From: a virus
Taxonomy: Duplodnaviria > Caudoviricetes
Direction: 5' to 3' (one strand)
IMG/VR virus record: IMGVR_UViG_3300048061_000822
Coordinates: 1 to 63,824 of that record
Length of the DNA: 63,824 nt
The notes under the pieces were generated by a model. The model was not told the DNA's origin, did no database searches, and saw only the letters and a list, made by a program, of their open reading frames with translations. The translations under genes were made by a program, and so were the position numbers. Positions 57,401-63,073 of this stretch are shown one piece after another (position 1 is the first letter of the stretch; each line of letters opens with the position of its first letter).

Positions 57401-58610
57401 CATTCCTTGCATCTATTTGTGCTTTCTTCCCTGCCCATAATTCTGTACCACCATTGAATACAGCACCTCCTATCATACCCAATATGCCACCATCGATTAG
57501 TGTGTACAATTCCTGTTCACTAAACTTACTTAGATCAAAAGGAGAGTCTTCATTGTGTGCAAATTTTTCAGCAACCACATTTAAATATTCCTGAGTTGCT
57601 TCAGTTGAGCCTTCAACTGCCACTCCCCTACCTACTGCACTAAGGAGATTTCTCTTAACAAATGCATCTGCCCGTGCAACATCCACAACACTAGGTGTTT
57701 TATTTGGGAAAAACTTCTTTAGTATTTTTGGTCCCACCATTGATGGAAGGATTGAATCCAAAGCACCAATTGCTATACCGAACTTCCAGGACAATGCCTC
57801 CGCATCTTCCGGTTTAACATAATCCTTATCCTGTGGATCAAGTTTTGTGTAAGGATATAAGCTACTATACACCTCACCAATTCCCATGGTGCCACTTCCT
57901 GCAGCTGTGCCACCTAATAAACTTACACCTTTTGCATAATTTTTAGCAACCTCCTGCATAATAGGTGGAAGGTCGGCATATCTTTTTGTGGATGACTTCA
58001 TTAGGTCATCAAAATCCAAACCTCGCTTAGCCACACGAGTTGCTTCTTTTCTAAGAGCCGGTCCAACTACTGCTTTTTTAAGAATTTCTTTTCCTGCAAG
58101 TCCAGCAACTCCACCTGTACCAATCATGGTTAATCCTGATGGTAGAACTCGACCAACTCCTCCTGCAAGAAATCTTAATCCTTCACTAACACTATTTACT
58201 TCTGAGAATGATTGAATGGTAGGCGCACCTTTTTGCGACTCCTTCATATTCTCCATGGACTTATCCATCATCCATTCGGACGCACTATCTAATCCTACCT
58301 TCTTAGCTAAGAATCCAGCACCACCATAAAGCATACCTTGGGTTTCATCTACACCTTGACCAAACCCCGCAAAGGGTTCTTTTAAAGAACCAAAAAATCC
58401 ATCACGACCTAGTCGTTTAGCCTCTCTTGCATTTACCGCAGAAGTGTATTGCTTGGAAAACTCAGGATATTCCTTAATCTTTTGGGGGCCATACTGACCC
58501 TCCATCTTTCTGCCTAAGCTTAAAGTTAGTTGTTCATCGGAATACTTTGATACATCAGTCCCATCACGGGTAAGTTTTTCCTTATACCAATTAAGTAAAC
58601 CATTTGCCAT
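42417..58610 (-). CDS. Giant (5397 aa) virion/ejection polyvalent protein
   Basis: One ORF after two ejection-like genes; Gly/Ala-rich N-terminal helices with EGSTEATQE; zincin HEVWH; ELQSD motif. Confidence 0.8.
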   Translation of the reverse strand: MANGLLNWYKEKLTRDGTDVSKYSDEQLTLSLGRKMEGQYGPQKIKEYPEFSKQYTSAVNAREAKRLGRDGFFGSLKEPFAGFGQGVDETQGMLYGGAGFLAKKVGLDSASEWMMDKSMENMKESQKGAPTIQSFSEVNSVSEGLRFLAGGVGRVLPSGLTMIGTGGVAGLAGKEILKKAVVGPALRKEATRVAKRGLDFDDLMKSSTKRYADLPPIMQEVAKNYAKGVSLLGGTAAGSGTMGIGEVYSSLYPYTKLDPQDKDYVKPEDAEALSWKFGIAIGALDSILPSMVGPKILKKFFPNKTPSVVDVARADAFVKRNLLSAVGRGVAVEGSTEATQEYLNVVAEKFAHNEDSPFDLSKFSEQELYTLIDGGILGMIGGAVFNGGTELWAGKKAQIDARNAEIEKEEKFDQELKNIIKAESDKVKAKQDAVDELTPIKTFDIGQKVRTGDNTVGEFAGLRGDDALIKVQRNPELERFEVINVGPARALSAVVEEETTETTTPKVEPQGPQPQGSEWETTTRELTKKDGTKINIQRSRFRVYDRDGLPVDLVVKLVDGKIKEYVREFFFDKKDPSKKTGSSGNLLSPKIKDIFESGDFEGGLEFALGNALSGELFRTPDGGKKDLYIADRAKQLIAEGENPTEAIKQAREEFQQSTEENPVDTFREEQKQAQEEEKQTSPESKNQTREEQLKEKEDLRNQKENDIPLPELRALEYLGEYLQNEDLRISEITPNKLKRIDPVGFKNAYDNWKQEFYAPGDQPSNQVLVDAFKEGIKKKLGESYKSRGDIKYEQTVEETKNASEEAKVQAEENKKEDAEKKKLDRIASIAKTPSNKFLVSTGKETDITRVDNAINAVANAKNEGRELTISPVSEEQFNAFNDDEKIKANIIIQQGGGTGRLRNYKSYEDYVDDIDNLNRVVSEATSDQSKIDSILRKPEKEVVEEVVEEVVEEVVEEIDGSTLEEIPAIENGEYIIDDTTYIVSDEGVFRKNKRGSTLLNGKKPNEISDFFLLGKVLPQNNLQNITKIITPSNQKLKVRFDGVVLRFFLKETKFQNIEILVKSEGNYNYGGASPTSLLLPTEQDHIRLSDSRVFSGKPKVRDADLGKKKEAKRELPKIAKGNARQSNNVIVIRHKLSGRLFARTIKGSEVSEFFSKKRDGEVSLEEDAKKMPFGKLPAEFEYYGAISFSGHPGIFRQNFDNEAEYNKWLDSFEKVELEESIVQTREQKKLKSKLESRETIVFGDHESPLQAFDKHFSVIKGGLASLDTFSVIEDLSKTHEGKKLADKFISNATQEKFPKENLDIAKSDIDIIQKAIKGVGPKNASDFAHAFQVILNTEFGLGIESDRQNFVRTSNSPEGESVPITETLPSAELTPAEILERDERRNKQYSLSSVPTAEWATSEQIRILHEFSKKNLQGLTDRQVADKSLPTLPMQPFEKLGIELEKATDANRIIFEVVNAIRTNEQFIQIDGGVDGATGVFFDWLQWSGSQTILSELEKSNLSATGNSEKSKSGWEAIASHFNDKSITIKDNTESIIKGVLSDAEYSKDDATELATLVFKLAASPNDIADTRGEIAMTLARILDVNEIGGFIGDAIERVDVESSNRKNIEGAIEDVFIENNVKNPSDFIKILDAVLLDAFKQLGVTRIKNAYPALNGRQFLIPISNVEANEVEAQADNSVGVSAPGQEQVRQMADRYIGSTPYYSNAENSDAYNIAQSFKRGVNYEQQILLPEGQEALNDRAIEEIIGGNIFAPVVLEKIKRYIENTGKSPEAKEFISRYIDVLENALNNSDNLSIQVVDEISSAPGQIVRGSYLNNLVIINRQFYAGKYDLKGEELPLDLTEDTTTNVLMSVVLHEVWHGTMEAPLKAYENGEATPEINKTIDLIKDVISEIKQAPGAREFSFLFSNDSRAISETLNYAWTRKDFAKFLSNTQFENDGLKKRIDQNGKGFISTLMDALISAYSKLLGLMGVNVEGTALESILELSKQLEAQSQSLLPQQEVERNQLLAAMADNPAPIFYSQMEKVLNVVQGETTQSQEEIQLRQELNQIKKELPEYFNGDKKNDTEGKVALLKQKGAIENQLKGFAKPKALPKEATGKRWKKILIDEGVSANELKVTIGSLLDEIGDRKINLPMLRKIANAANQVPIVSNNVVYQGDDGVRTAEYVGSHDFSRFNTREKVTRFTGQGMSLDPSLSRDDIVRRLSDDNKAKLDNIFSKPVPFGIDYGFKTDDPTVFIAGTIMPYELATPGQKRKLARFYTAVQMGETLGKTKVGDFTHEIIEPSAEETKKFREKFNKAVQAVGSMNKLSDAVRFTNSKIKDFYKDRFRAIQRIQEQEKNVTDEEILSAARLMYPDGVPDTLKKTQFLPGQKVRVLDEGDSAVGYIGAVAEIESIDRQQATGTLVFNKGKSYEARKELEFWQVELLPESHYANSIEELKEIIKQALPASSDFFSSLSSASYVIGSRVTFKDPESTNFKEGKVISTKRQGDGSVFSVTIRYTKKRIYGPTSRQTGTYNSTEQITLDPRDVDLVEGADDDVNQVIKVLRIIASLEKVDPKDIQSVYLNSERSVTETNEKKFAGSSYGFPNFVTPVPASRLVELAVDNFVVNGKRTNPNGTAGLTPGQKKILQLPEEIEKELQELDKIAKNSEEYFEVKPDFLPSKSIRHILTRLDSFGDNLLDNALVNFRTSLTASNTPAPNKLSMLDLDVKDPNNPSGVEFNWLTSLYLGYDGLGRISYLDSTLVDMEEQGRSRWRDIFIDSSSTRNLPSISEPIFRLKGDTHIGYLNTGFESLKGLNTIRSLPVKMKEEIVEHIDKRHGDPVNILMLAPGLKDISLSDVTQKADSLPIMQGSTIPGEGRRILGDRLPEEQVESLEQQGYRLIKSYLIRDKYHIFMVQATDPSTYTINNQRAPLKGKYQLGLQQVGEFAGDISSQTRKVESQLSGLEGMRVAVEMANIVKSLSAKYGDLYVGTHSEDKFSRYESLLKKFKFKTEVRTATEYGFREQGRLIKIFQPNLAEVRDIQFATDQEIEQLQRDRDVFTVEKNASIPTHFHDEVMTVGTTDWLGDEIEPMAHKVNSWIRGYERTFNGVKSFVLSELQSDAKQRMQKDIYERFGGYFGFTEGYKKTNEWDSSKEYKVGDIAFVDEMGYVAWELTRPLTNKDLTLASEGSIKDGISPVTEYKNPFSYIEEGKITPNEGPWRLLPYRSTGVQKGSFDNPGKIDPTLAGTNLYIVRINGQESVAHFYPGQIRQIKEDGHIVKGRTIDVLSVANLVKRANVVFNTLSARLNAIEAKETEIQELQDIIDISGLPNKKAAKIEQRNKRQEEAALALDIAKADFNTSGLAGDGRAGQRPVDDNPSFPMMPNELISELRRQQIIYQEKGDTAKEEFLEYKYPKATSRTDAGYWIKDVGGETVFKNPNGESIEQIIEDFNAQNTHLVKDDILLDAYQLANMKALIRYLALNRINKVVFTRGDVIYPIVSSSPSSVYDAYVGSDGVKTQGIINAYGSMPAILGKYLNIKPQLEEGAESRHYDLGREEKRNEQFMTITIPDERLAQNLQNGERLLMQDELDGVRRETRTNLKVTKSGGEYTITNLFNEPYQTTDKDDLRNIIRFKNVPSRLGILVKGDNGQPIVKVDGDNTYNLINLGDSEKWVNENTIEAYEKGDLLPSNMSDQLTFDFGKLKESEETIEEQEEKPEIVRVTNVSNKYLVRLIARDISWEGTERSLDVQLANNIAEHTDIPFQTALREIDNIHALHNATPLDKRIEFQTLAMDKGIKKYFGKGQLMEDVYAEEENPNTTQSLNREANEIALAKMQVASRSEELASTSQAMEDIRRILKTPDLSVEDVYRIYLSSGKTPIQYIKEKTKSYQNIESITLEALKNNEGMVQEARVLALGLIEKRKKQAKEALSNNMDQLDENQPNSLASEILTLESEIKPDPAIIFNRATQGDKISNQVAYYAQETRQEILEDNGEIDTGSSATLQAYKEITGEDRVSNEFTELMGNIRKLSPSFLSDLVLQVSKKDDIQELSYNDIYNIISVGQKVSKNEYIVIASAIHNNKKSVYEAKLSTSSDFQGKRSTLAKLESLSKSTIDQLKVIKGKNPSESLLSGKEEEKGILNAFIDKRIKYLEKVQESEDLLRDNQVYLALIKSYDMNSNRMQTYLGHSPITHIVDGLKFPVMSKVGDKYEIDYIDIKLNNKLIPENLNEFVISRQKNREYLTDKNNEKIQGTAEFQYIRQATLAADAATLQPQHKEAQGRLNMWWLKSAQAMFAEQGRLGKEIAQLELRFDIAYRKHVSRARRFGKLWNRRLINATKAWGYTDYRMFLDFYDKVLKWNEDQPQINEKVKFDEGTFNKAMSLVKNKDAITSESEARDTLQKLLEQSKIISGFFLDLAQEYNVKVSQDKGANRVLVESRIVEGEFEGLSRDAIKRGYQTSGRKIRSNYVLGIVNELSSGLGNLEGWEDVKKAYQNDSLTEKRKEEAIDAYFEDGITDSTLDRFIRPYIFDTSIINFIPAPLSKDGKIPKSYLRKAWAQSTGQGHQKFKSFIDILYESVPHNKKRTDYLKFKYNVANAFYKRFRNLEEAVSDSGSNMDNKAYALAHRLMDSRSTQTIMPVEFLQYESYTEIDMPIQLAQILGNGIYGKNAEKLTALKDKLKAELNEKREKLTDIADALGVKTSSSVPLTFKRSFRKRAADLAAGMEDIPGETGMEKLKNLEAAARQLKNFHTAEKSLKAHLEGDIGPYKDHKVALELLGTNAFLILNQTKSGLTNLLSLFDIPLVYKGGNKFSRKAFSTALKNVFGNVFGPLLERMGSQLRLTSEYAKQLNDFYFHTSEHEVGYNNYRLNLGANASKQASLLEIFKMDGLRQLKNTLQYTPVKEGQTYAPFSLRTMFLNIFTYLGNLANHSIGVGTVQAVDMLVKQAADFIEQSAKRTGQPIPATYQVTAENLGLETKSATGEVILGSESMWNYINNQIELRGLGTISDLAHQYIERKSKGETLALTQDQALAVSSIGLHNVAMEGGFTSRSAFWYTNEWGKYIAPLLSWSFSKVNQVNEAFRDEQTSEITLKASLRALSVMGLWLTPVGMAFTFGMDEYDEEILGKTSSLRPAPLSTMIPIFGPFIEGDAKGNALAMIERLSRAGNIGGIAGDFVASMVSQVDPYASQRGFSLDTRILGMATIINTMDAFKNAYHSRSLDYNLVIRPLLYSMGGNGFLQTQQAITNLMGIDTIERRVSDMIGNRNKVRAALSTLEIERRPAVSGGFRATPFSVHIRKMEQAAYANDEKLFQEAYSQAVLAAIERGDADPEKSVLQSYKRRTLKSGLSRYTLSDDEWSKVLNVFTAEQANSLRRAESMHKKFEHILLDSIELKANPLPMIVTDSASTKPMSYDDIVKQSLAF
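46550..46569. promoter_or_regulatory. 20-bp palindromic motif copy, intragenic (TGACCTGT-AATA-CTAGGTCA)
   Basis: Exact TGACC-N10-GGTCA. Confidence 0.5.
55739..55790 (-). repeat. 12-bp tandem repeat encoding EEVV
   Basis: (TCTTCTACAACT)n, about 4 copies. Confidence 0.85.
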
Positions 58611-58611
58611 A

Positions 58612-60369
58612 TCACTTAGGTTTTAAAGCTTCTTCTAATGCCTTAAGTTGTGCTTCTACTTTTATAAGTTCAGCTTTTCGGTCATTTTCGTATTTATCAA
58701 ATTTTTCGTTTTGCTTCAGTATGTAATCAACTGTTACTGGTCTATCGGTCTTCGTATCTCCAAAGACAAATCCACCATACCCCATAGGTACCATAGGTGA
58801 ACCTGGCATAGTTCCACTAATTGCCTCTTGACGCTTACTATTTATTTCTGGACCTTGCCTGCGAAGTTCTCCTATGCGGGCTTGTAAAGCTTTTACTGCT
58901 TCTCCTGGTGACTTATTGCCAATATCAATTACTTTAGGTGCATCATCCACTTCATCATTATCAGGGAGGGCAAACGGTGCAGGCACATTAGCCTCAAGTG
59001 CTTCTGCACCAGTACCGCCATTTAATAATTCATACAAGTCATCATTAAATCGGTCATCTGTTTCATCTACGAAAGATTTTCCATTTTGGGTATCTATGAC
59101 CATTGCACGTGTACCACCAAAATTAAAGAAAGTGCCTTCTGGTAATTTCTGAATTGCTTCGTCTCGATATCCTGCATCACTATATGTTAATGGTTTTAAC
59201 AAAGTTGGATGCTGTGCTGTTAAAGAACCCATAGCTTGTGTATGCTGAAGAAGTTCATTTGTATATGGCGATAGGTACGAGTTTACCCTGCTTTGAAAAT
59301 CCTGATAAAACTTGGAATCTTTATTAGCAATCTGATTATTATACATTGTAAGTCTATGCGCAGACAATTCATCAGGGAGTGGTGGATTCTCGTAAGGTTC
59401 ATCAGTTTCCGGATCAATTTGTTTTAAATAATCTGCTTCTACCATTGAATCAGGAAGTAAATCCTCTAATGCTAATTGTTGCGCTACTGGTGTGCTTGCT
59501 GCTATGACTGACCGTGCGTCCCCTGCTTTTCTTCTTAGTTCATTTAGGGGTGCTCTGTATTTTTCAGCATATCCATTATTAAATATTTTTTGAGCTAATG
59601 CAGGAGGTAGTTTTTCTATAAGTTGTAATTGTCGAAAACTATTAATATTAAACTCTGCAAATGTTGCTTTGTTTTGTTTATATATCATTCGCTTTTGATT
59701 TACATCCATCCCTCTTTTGTAGACATCCTGTAGGTAATTATTCCAATTAGCTTGATTCATTGTCGCAAATTCTGCGGTTCCTTCATCTAGCCCAAGGTCT
59801 AGTAATTGTTGCCTGTAACCTTCTTTATTGTCTTCAAAATATTCTTTTTCTACTTGTTGGTCAAAATACTCATCGTCTGCCCGAGTATTTAAAATTCCTT
59901 GACGCTCTCTTTGTGCCTTTAGATATGCTCTGTCTTCTTTTAAATATTTCTGTTTTTGCGAGTAATCCTTTAGCCCCATCATCTGCTTCATCTTATCTGG
60001 GTCACGAGCATACATCAGGGCATCTGCATCTGACATTTCTTCAAAGTTAGACTTTATCATATCTGCCATCTGTTGCGTACGCCCTTCGTTGGCTTCCGCT
60101 TTAAGCTTCATGGCATCCATCTGTTTAACTTTGCCTACTGCTCCTGCAATGGTTCCTATGATTCCACCTGGATCCGCAGATGCAGCCATACCAATTTGAC
60201 CAAGACTTGGGTCATTAATATCAGGGTCTAAACTAAGTGCAGTAAGTTGATTACCCAATCTATTTGCCTCTGACTTTTGAGTTAGTTCATCCCTACTTCT
60301 CTCCCTATTATAGTTTGATAAGTTCTGTTGGAATAACTGACTCCCTGCTGTATTTATTGTCTTAGCCAT
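58612..60369 (-). CDS. Probable internal virion/ejection protein
   Basis: 585 aa, helical and Q-rich; positioned before the giant gene. Confidence 0.55.
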   Translation of the reverse strand: MAKTINTAGSQLFQQNLSNYNRERSRDELTQKSEANRLGNQLTALSLDPDINDPSLGQIGMAASADPGGIIGTIAGAVGKVKQMDAMKLKAEANEGRTQQMADMIKSNFEEMSDADALMYARDPDKMKQMMGLKDYSQKQKYLKEDRAYLKAQRERQGILNTRADDEYFDQQVEKEYFEDNKEGYRQQLLDLGLDEGTAEFATMNQANWNNYLQDVYKRGMDVNQKRMIYKQNKATFAEFNINSFRQLQLIEKLPPALAQKIFNNGYAEKYRAPLNELRRKAGDARSVIAASTPVAQQLALEDLLPDSMVEADYLKQIDPETDEPYENPPLPDELSAHRLTMYNNQIANKDSKFYQDFQSRVNSYLSPYTNELLQHTQAMGSLTAQHPTLLKPLTYSDAGYRDEAIQKLPEGTFFNFGGTRAMVIDTQNGKSFVDETDDRFNDDLYELLNGGTGAEALEANVPAPFALPDNDEVDDAPKVIDIGNKSPGEAVKALQARIGELRRQGPEINSKRQEAISGTMPGSPMVPMGYGGFVFGDTKTDRPVTVDYILKQNEKFDKYENDRKAELIKVEAQLKALEEALKPK

Positions 60370-60371
60370 AA

Positions 60372-61601
60372 TTAGTACTCAAATGCTGTTAAACCACCAC
60401 CCATTCCACTAGTCATTGAATCATAATTATAACTTGGTAATGAAGAAACTCCGCCAGCGGGTGGCACATAATTACTTCCTGCACCACCCCCGCCCCCTCC
60501 ACCAAATCCCATTCCTTTAGCTAACATATACCCTCCTAATCCACTTTGTACTCCTGCATTAAGATGTGCCATTGGATTGCTTGGTGTGGGAGCCGTGTAC
60601 GATGGTACATTATATTCAGGTGCTCTTCCCTGACCTAATTGAAATCCTCCCTTATTTAATGCACTTGCTGTGGCGTTTTCGGGAAGAAAATAATTTTGCA
60701 CCCCTGCTGTTTGATTAGCGGCTAATGTATTAAGAGCATTATTTATTTGCCCGACATTCTTTTGCTCGGCTAGGTTTTGTTCATAAGCAGCAAACTTAGC
60801 GGCTTCATCTAGTTCATTAATTCTAGACCGTTCTCTTACTCCTTGAAGTCCTTCTCCTGCGGTAGTTACCTGGTCTTTTGCATTTAGGACATTTGCATCT
60901 GCTCTATTTTGCGCCATGCCTCCATATGCATTTATTAATGCTTGTAGGGTCTGGGAATTTGCTAATCCTGAATTGTTCACCACACCCCCTGTCCTTGCCA
61001 TTGAACCAAGTTGGTTTGCTCGTCTCTGGGCTTCAGCAGTCATTGCTTGTGCTTGTGCATTTACTCCACCTAGTCGTGCCTCTGCTATACCACCTCTTGC
61101 ATCCGCAATTCCTTGTCTTGCGACATCAATTTGATCCTGACCTTGCAATCGGGAATTATTTATATTTTCAAGATATTGTTGTGATTCAGAAAGTTGTGAA
61201 CCATCGTAAATTCCAGATATTGCGTTTATCGCACCTTGCTCTGCTCCTGCAAGACTATCACGATACCCACCCATTTCAGTTGCCATCTCGTTGGGGTTAT
61301 ACGCTTCCTGTAATGCTCCGTATTTTTCTTCTATCCCAGAGGCTAAATTATTTTCTAACCCTGAAAGGTAGTATGGAAGAATTGCTGAACGCTTATCGTC
61401 TATCAACCCGTTCTCTATATCATAAGCAGAAGCACCACGGGATGCGTAGAATCTTTCCATCTCCATTCTGTTTGCTTCATCTGCAATTGCACGGTTTGCA
61501 CTATTCTGTGAATCCTGAGCTTTTCTTGCATTCTTAGATGCTGACATTGATGCCGCGCCACCTATAAGTGCTGACCCAATTATTGCTGATGCTACTCCCA
61601 T
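60372..61601 (-). CDS. Probable DNA-transfer (P22 gp7-like) protein
   Basis: MGVASAIIGSALIGGAASMSA N-terminus; Ala/Gln/Gly-rich; follows the GNAT gene. Confidence 0.65.
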   Translation of the reverse strand: MGVASAIIGSALIGGAASMSASKNARKAQDSQNSANRAIADEANRMEMERFYASRGASAYDIENGLIDDKRSAILPYYLSGLENNLASGIEEKYGALQEAYNPNEMATEMGGYRDSLAGAEQGAINAISGIYDGSQLSESQQYLENINNSRLQGQDQIDVARQGIADARGGIAEARLGGVNAQAQAMTAEAQRRANQLGSMARTGGVVNNSGLANSQTLQALINAYGGMAQNRADANVLNAKDQVTTAGEGLQGVRERSRINELDEAAKFAAYEQNLAEQKNVGQINNALNTLAANQTAGVQNYFLPENATASALNKGGFQLGQGRAPEYNVPSYTAPTPSNPMAHLNAGVQSGLGGYMLAKGMGFGGGGGGGAGSNYVPPAGGVSSLPSYNYDSMTSGMGGGLTAFEY

Positions 61602-61602
61602 A

Positions 61603-62046
61603 TCAAATATCCTTTTGGTAAGTGGTTTCAATCATCTTATAACCTCTTCTTTCGTACAGGCTTTTTAATTTCTCAGGCATAGAATTTGTCAGATGAATCA
61701 TATTCATTCTCTTTGACCCACTTTCCTTTGCCCACTTCTCTGCCTTAAGAAATAACTTCATCCCACCACCACGACTTTTTTCATCCACAAACCAAAAAGC
61801 CTCAGTTGCTGTCATTACACCATCCTCAAGAGCCGGAAAAAGTATTAATCCAATACCTCCAATAATTTTATCTTTATCCCAAAGTCCAAATATTTTTCCT
61901 GCACCTGAACTAATTAAATTAAACCATCTGTCAGACCATTGACCAATATCAAGGAATACTTTCTTATAGGGCATTAGGTCATAAAAAGAGGTAAGTACAC
62001 CACCTAAGTCTAAAAGCTCTGTTCTATCTTCTACTGACTTAATCAT
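61603..62046 (-). CDS. GNAT-family acetyltransferase
   Basis: EAFWFVDEKSRGGGMKL...AEKWAKE.G...LYERRGY. Confidence 0.85.
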   Translation of the reverse strand: MIKSVEDRTELLDLGGVLTSFYDLMPYKKVFLDIGQWSDRWFNLISSGAGKIFGLWDKDKIIGGIGLILFPALEDGVMTATEAFWFVDEKSRGGGMKLFLKAEKWAKESGSKRMNMIHLTNSMPEKLKSLYERRGYKMIETTYQKDI

Positions 62047-63071
62047 ATCATATATGCAATTACCTTGATAAATAAGTGCCTAGATGGACCATCGTGATTT
62101 GCGTCCCCAAGCACGAACTCAATATGCCCTTCCGGTATCATATTTGAGTGCGCCTTTGATGTTGGAACAGAAAGGCTTGATGTACTTGGCCCAACGTTCT
62201 GATTGAGTGGTAGCTGAATATTTTCTACTACAAAAACCGCAGAGCCATCTTGATTATCTCCAATGCTCCCTACAGTTACATGCCCATGTCCATTTGGGTT
62301 TCTGATTTGTACATATCCTTGATGAGTTTGCCATTGAAGTAATGCTTTACTTGCATTAGCAGGAACTTCACCAACTCCAAAAACCTTATGCCTTTGAGTA
62401 CTTGTACCACCGAAATAATGAGGGACTACTTCAACTGGCGTAATAAAGTTCCATCCCGCTCGATCAGAGTTAACTTCACCTGATACTGTTATATTACCTT
62501 GAATATCAAGATTCCCCTGAACTTTACCTTGCACAATTAAGTCACCTTCAATTTGCGCATCACCACCTACCTCGAGGTCGGACTTTTGTAAAAATATACT
62601 ACCCTGATCAGAACCAGATCGAGGCTTTATTGTGAGTGCTTCATAATCATCGTTTGCTATGAATGTCGCCTCACTATTACCTGACTTTATTTTAAGTGTC
62701 TTATCTACAGTAAGTTCACCAGTAGTAACTGCACCACTTACATCAAGCGTGGTTGCATCTATATCACCTGACCCTGATAACTGTGTGTTAATCTGATTAA
62801 TTTTTTCTGACAAAGTAGTGTCTATTAATGATGCCTTGGCATCAATGGAAGCTAAGTTTTGCCATATTGTCTGTCCCGTATTTGTAGAGTCCGTACCAAT
62901 TACACTGACCGAATTTAATAGGTCATTGATTCTCCCTTTTAAATTTACAAAGTTTTGCTCAACATCTATCTGTGCGATTGGGTTACCATAAAATTCACGC
63001 AGGGTTATTGTGTTATTCTGAGATGGAACAGGTTGTCCATTATTATTAAAATCTAAGGGTGTAGATGACAT
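62043..63071 (-). CDS. Tail needle/fibre-like protein
   Basis: Coiled coil then beta repeats LEVGGDAQIEGDLIVQGKVQGNL. Confidence 0.55.
   Translation of the reverse strand: MSSTPLDFNNNGQPVPSQNNTITLREFYGNPIAQIDVEQNFVNLKGRINDLLNSVSVIGTDSTNTGQTIWQNLASIDAKASLIDTTLSEKINQINTQLSGSGDIDATTLDVSGAVTTGELTVDKTLKIKSGNSEATFIANDDYEALTIKPRSGSDQGSIFLQKSDLEVGGDAQIEGDLIVQGKVQGNLDIQGNITVSGEVNSDRAGWNFITPVEVVPHYFGGTSTQRHKVFGVGEVPANASKALLQWQTHQGYVQIRNPNGHGHVTVGSIGDNQDGSAVFVVENIQLPLNQNVGPSTSSLSVPTSKAHSNMIPEGHIEFVLGDANHDGPSRHLFIKVIAYMI
62906..62925. promoter_or_regulatory. 20-bp palindromic motif copy, intragenic (TGACCGAA-TTTA-ATAGGTCA)
   Basis: Exact TGACC-N10-GGTCA. Confidence 0.5.
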
Positions 63072-63073
63072 GA

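Noticed and set aside
42417-58610. Virion RNA polymerase
   Set aside because: No DFDGD-type or convincing single-subunit RNAP motif found by eye; a highly diverged one cannot be excluded without profile searches
1301-61537. Antisense or alternate-frame ORFs in the track (e.g. 1301-1759, 10969-11604, 28306-28812, 54208-54732, 60878-61537)
   Set aside because: They lie opposite well-supported genes and have Ser/Leu-rich shadow composition with no motifs
243-62925. Palindromes as CRISPR repeats or integron attC sites
   Set aside because: Copies are kilobases apart with no regular spacers; they are only 20 bp, lack the long attC stem, and several lie inside core genes
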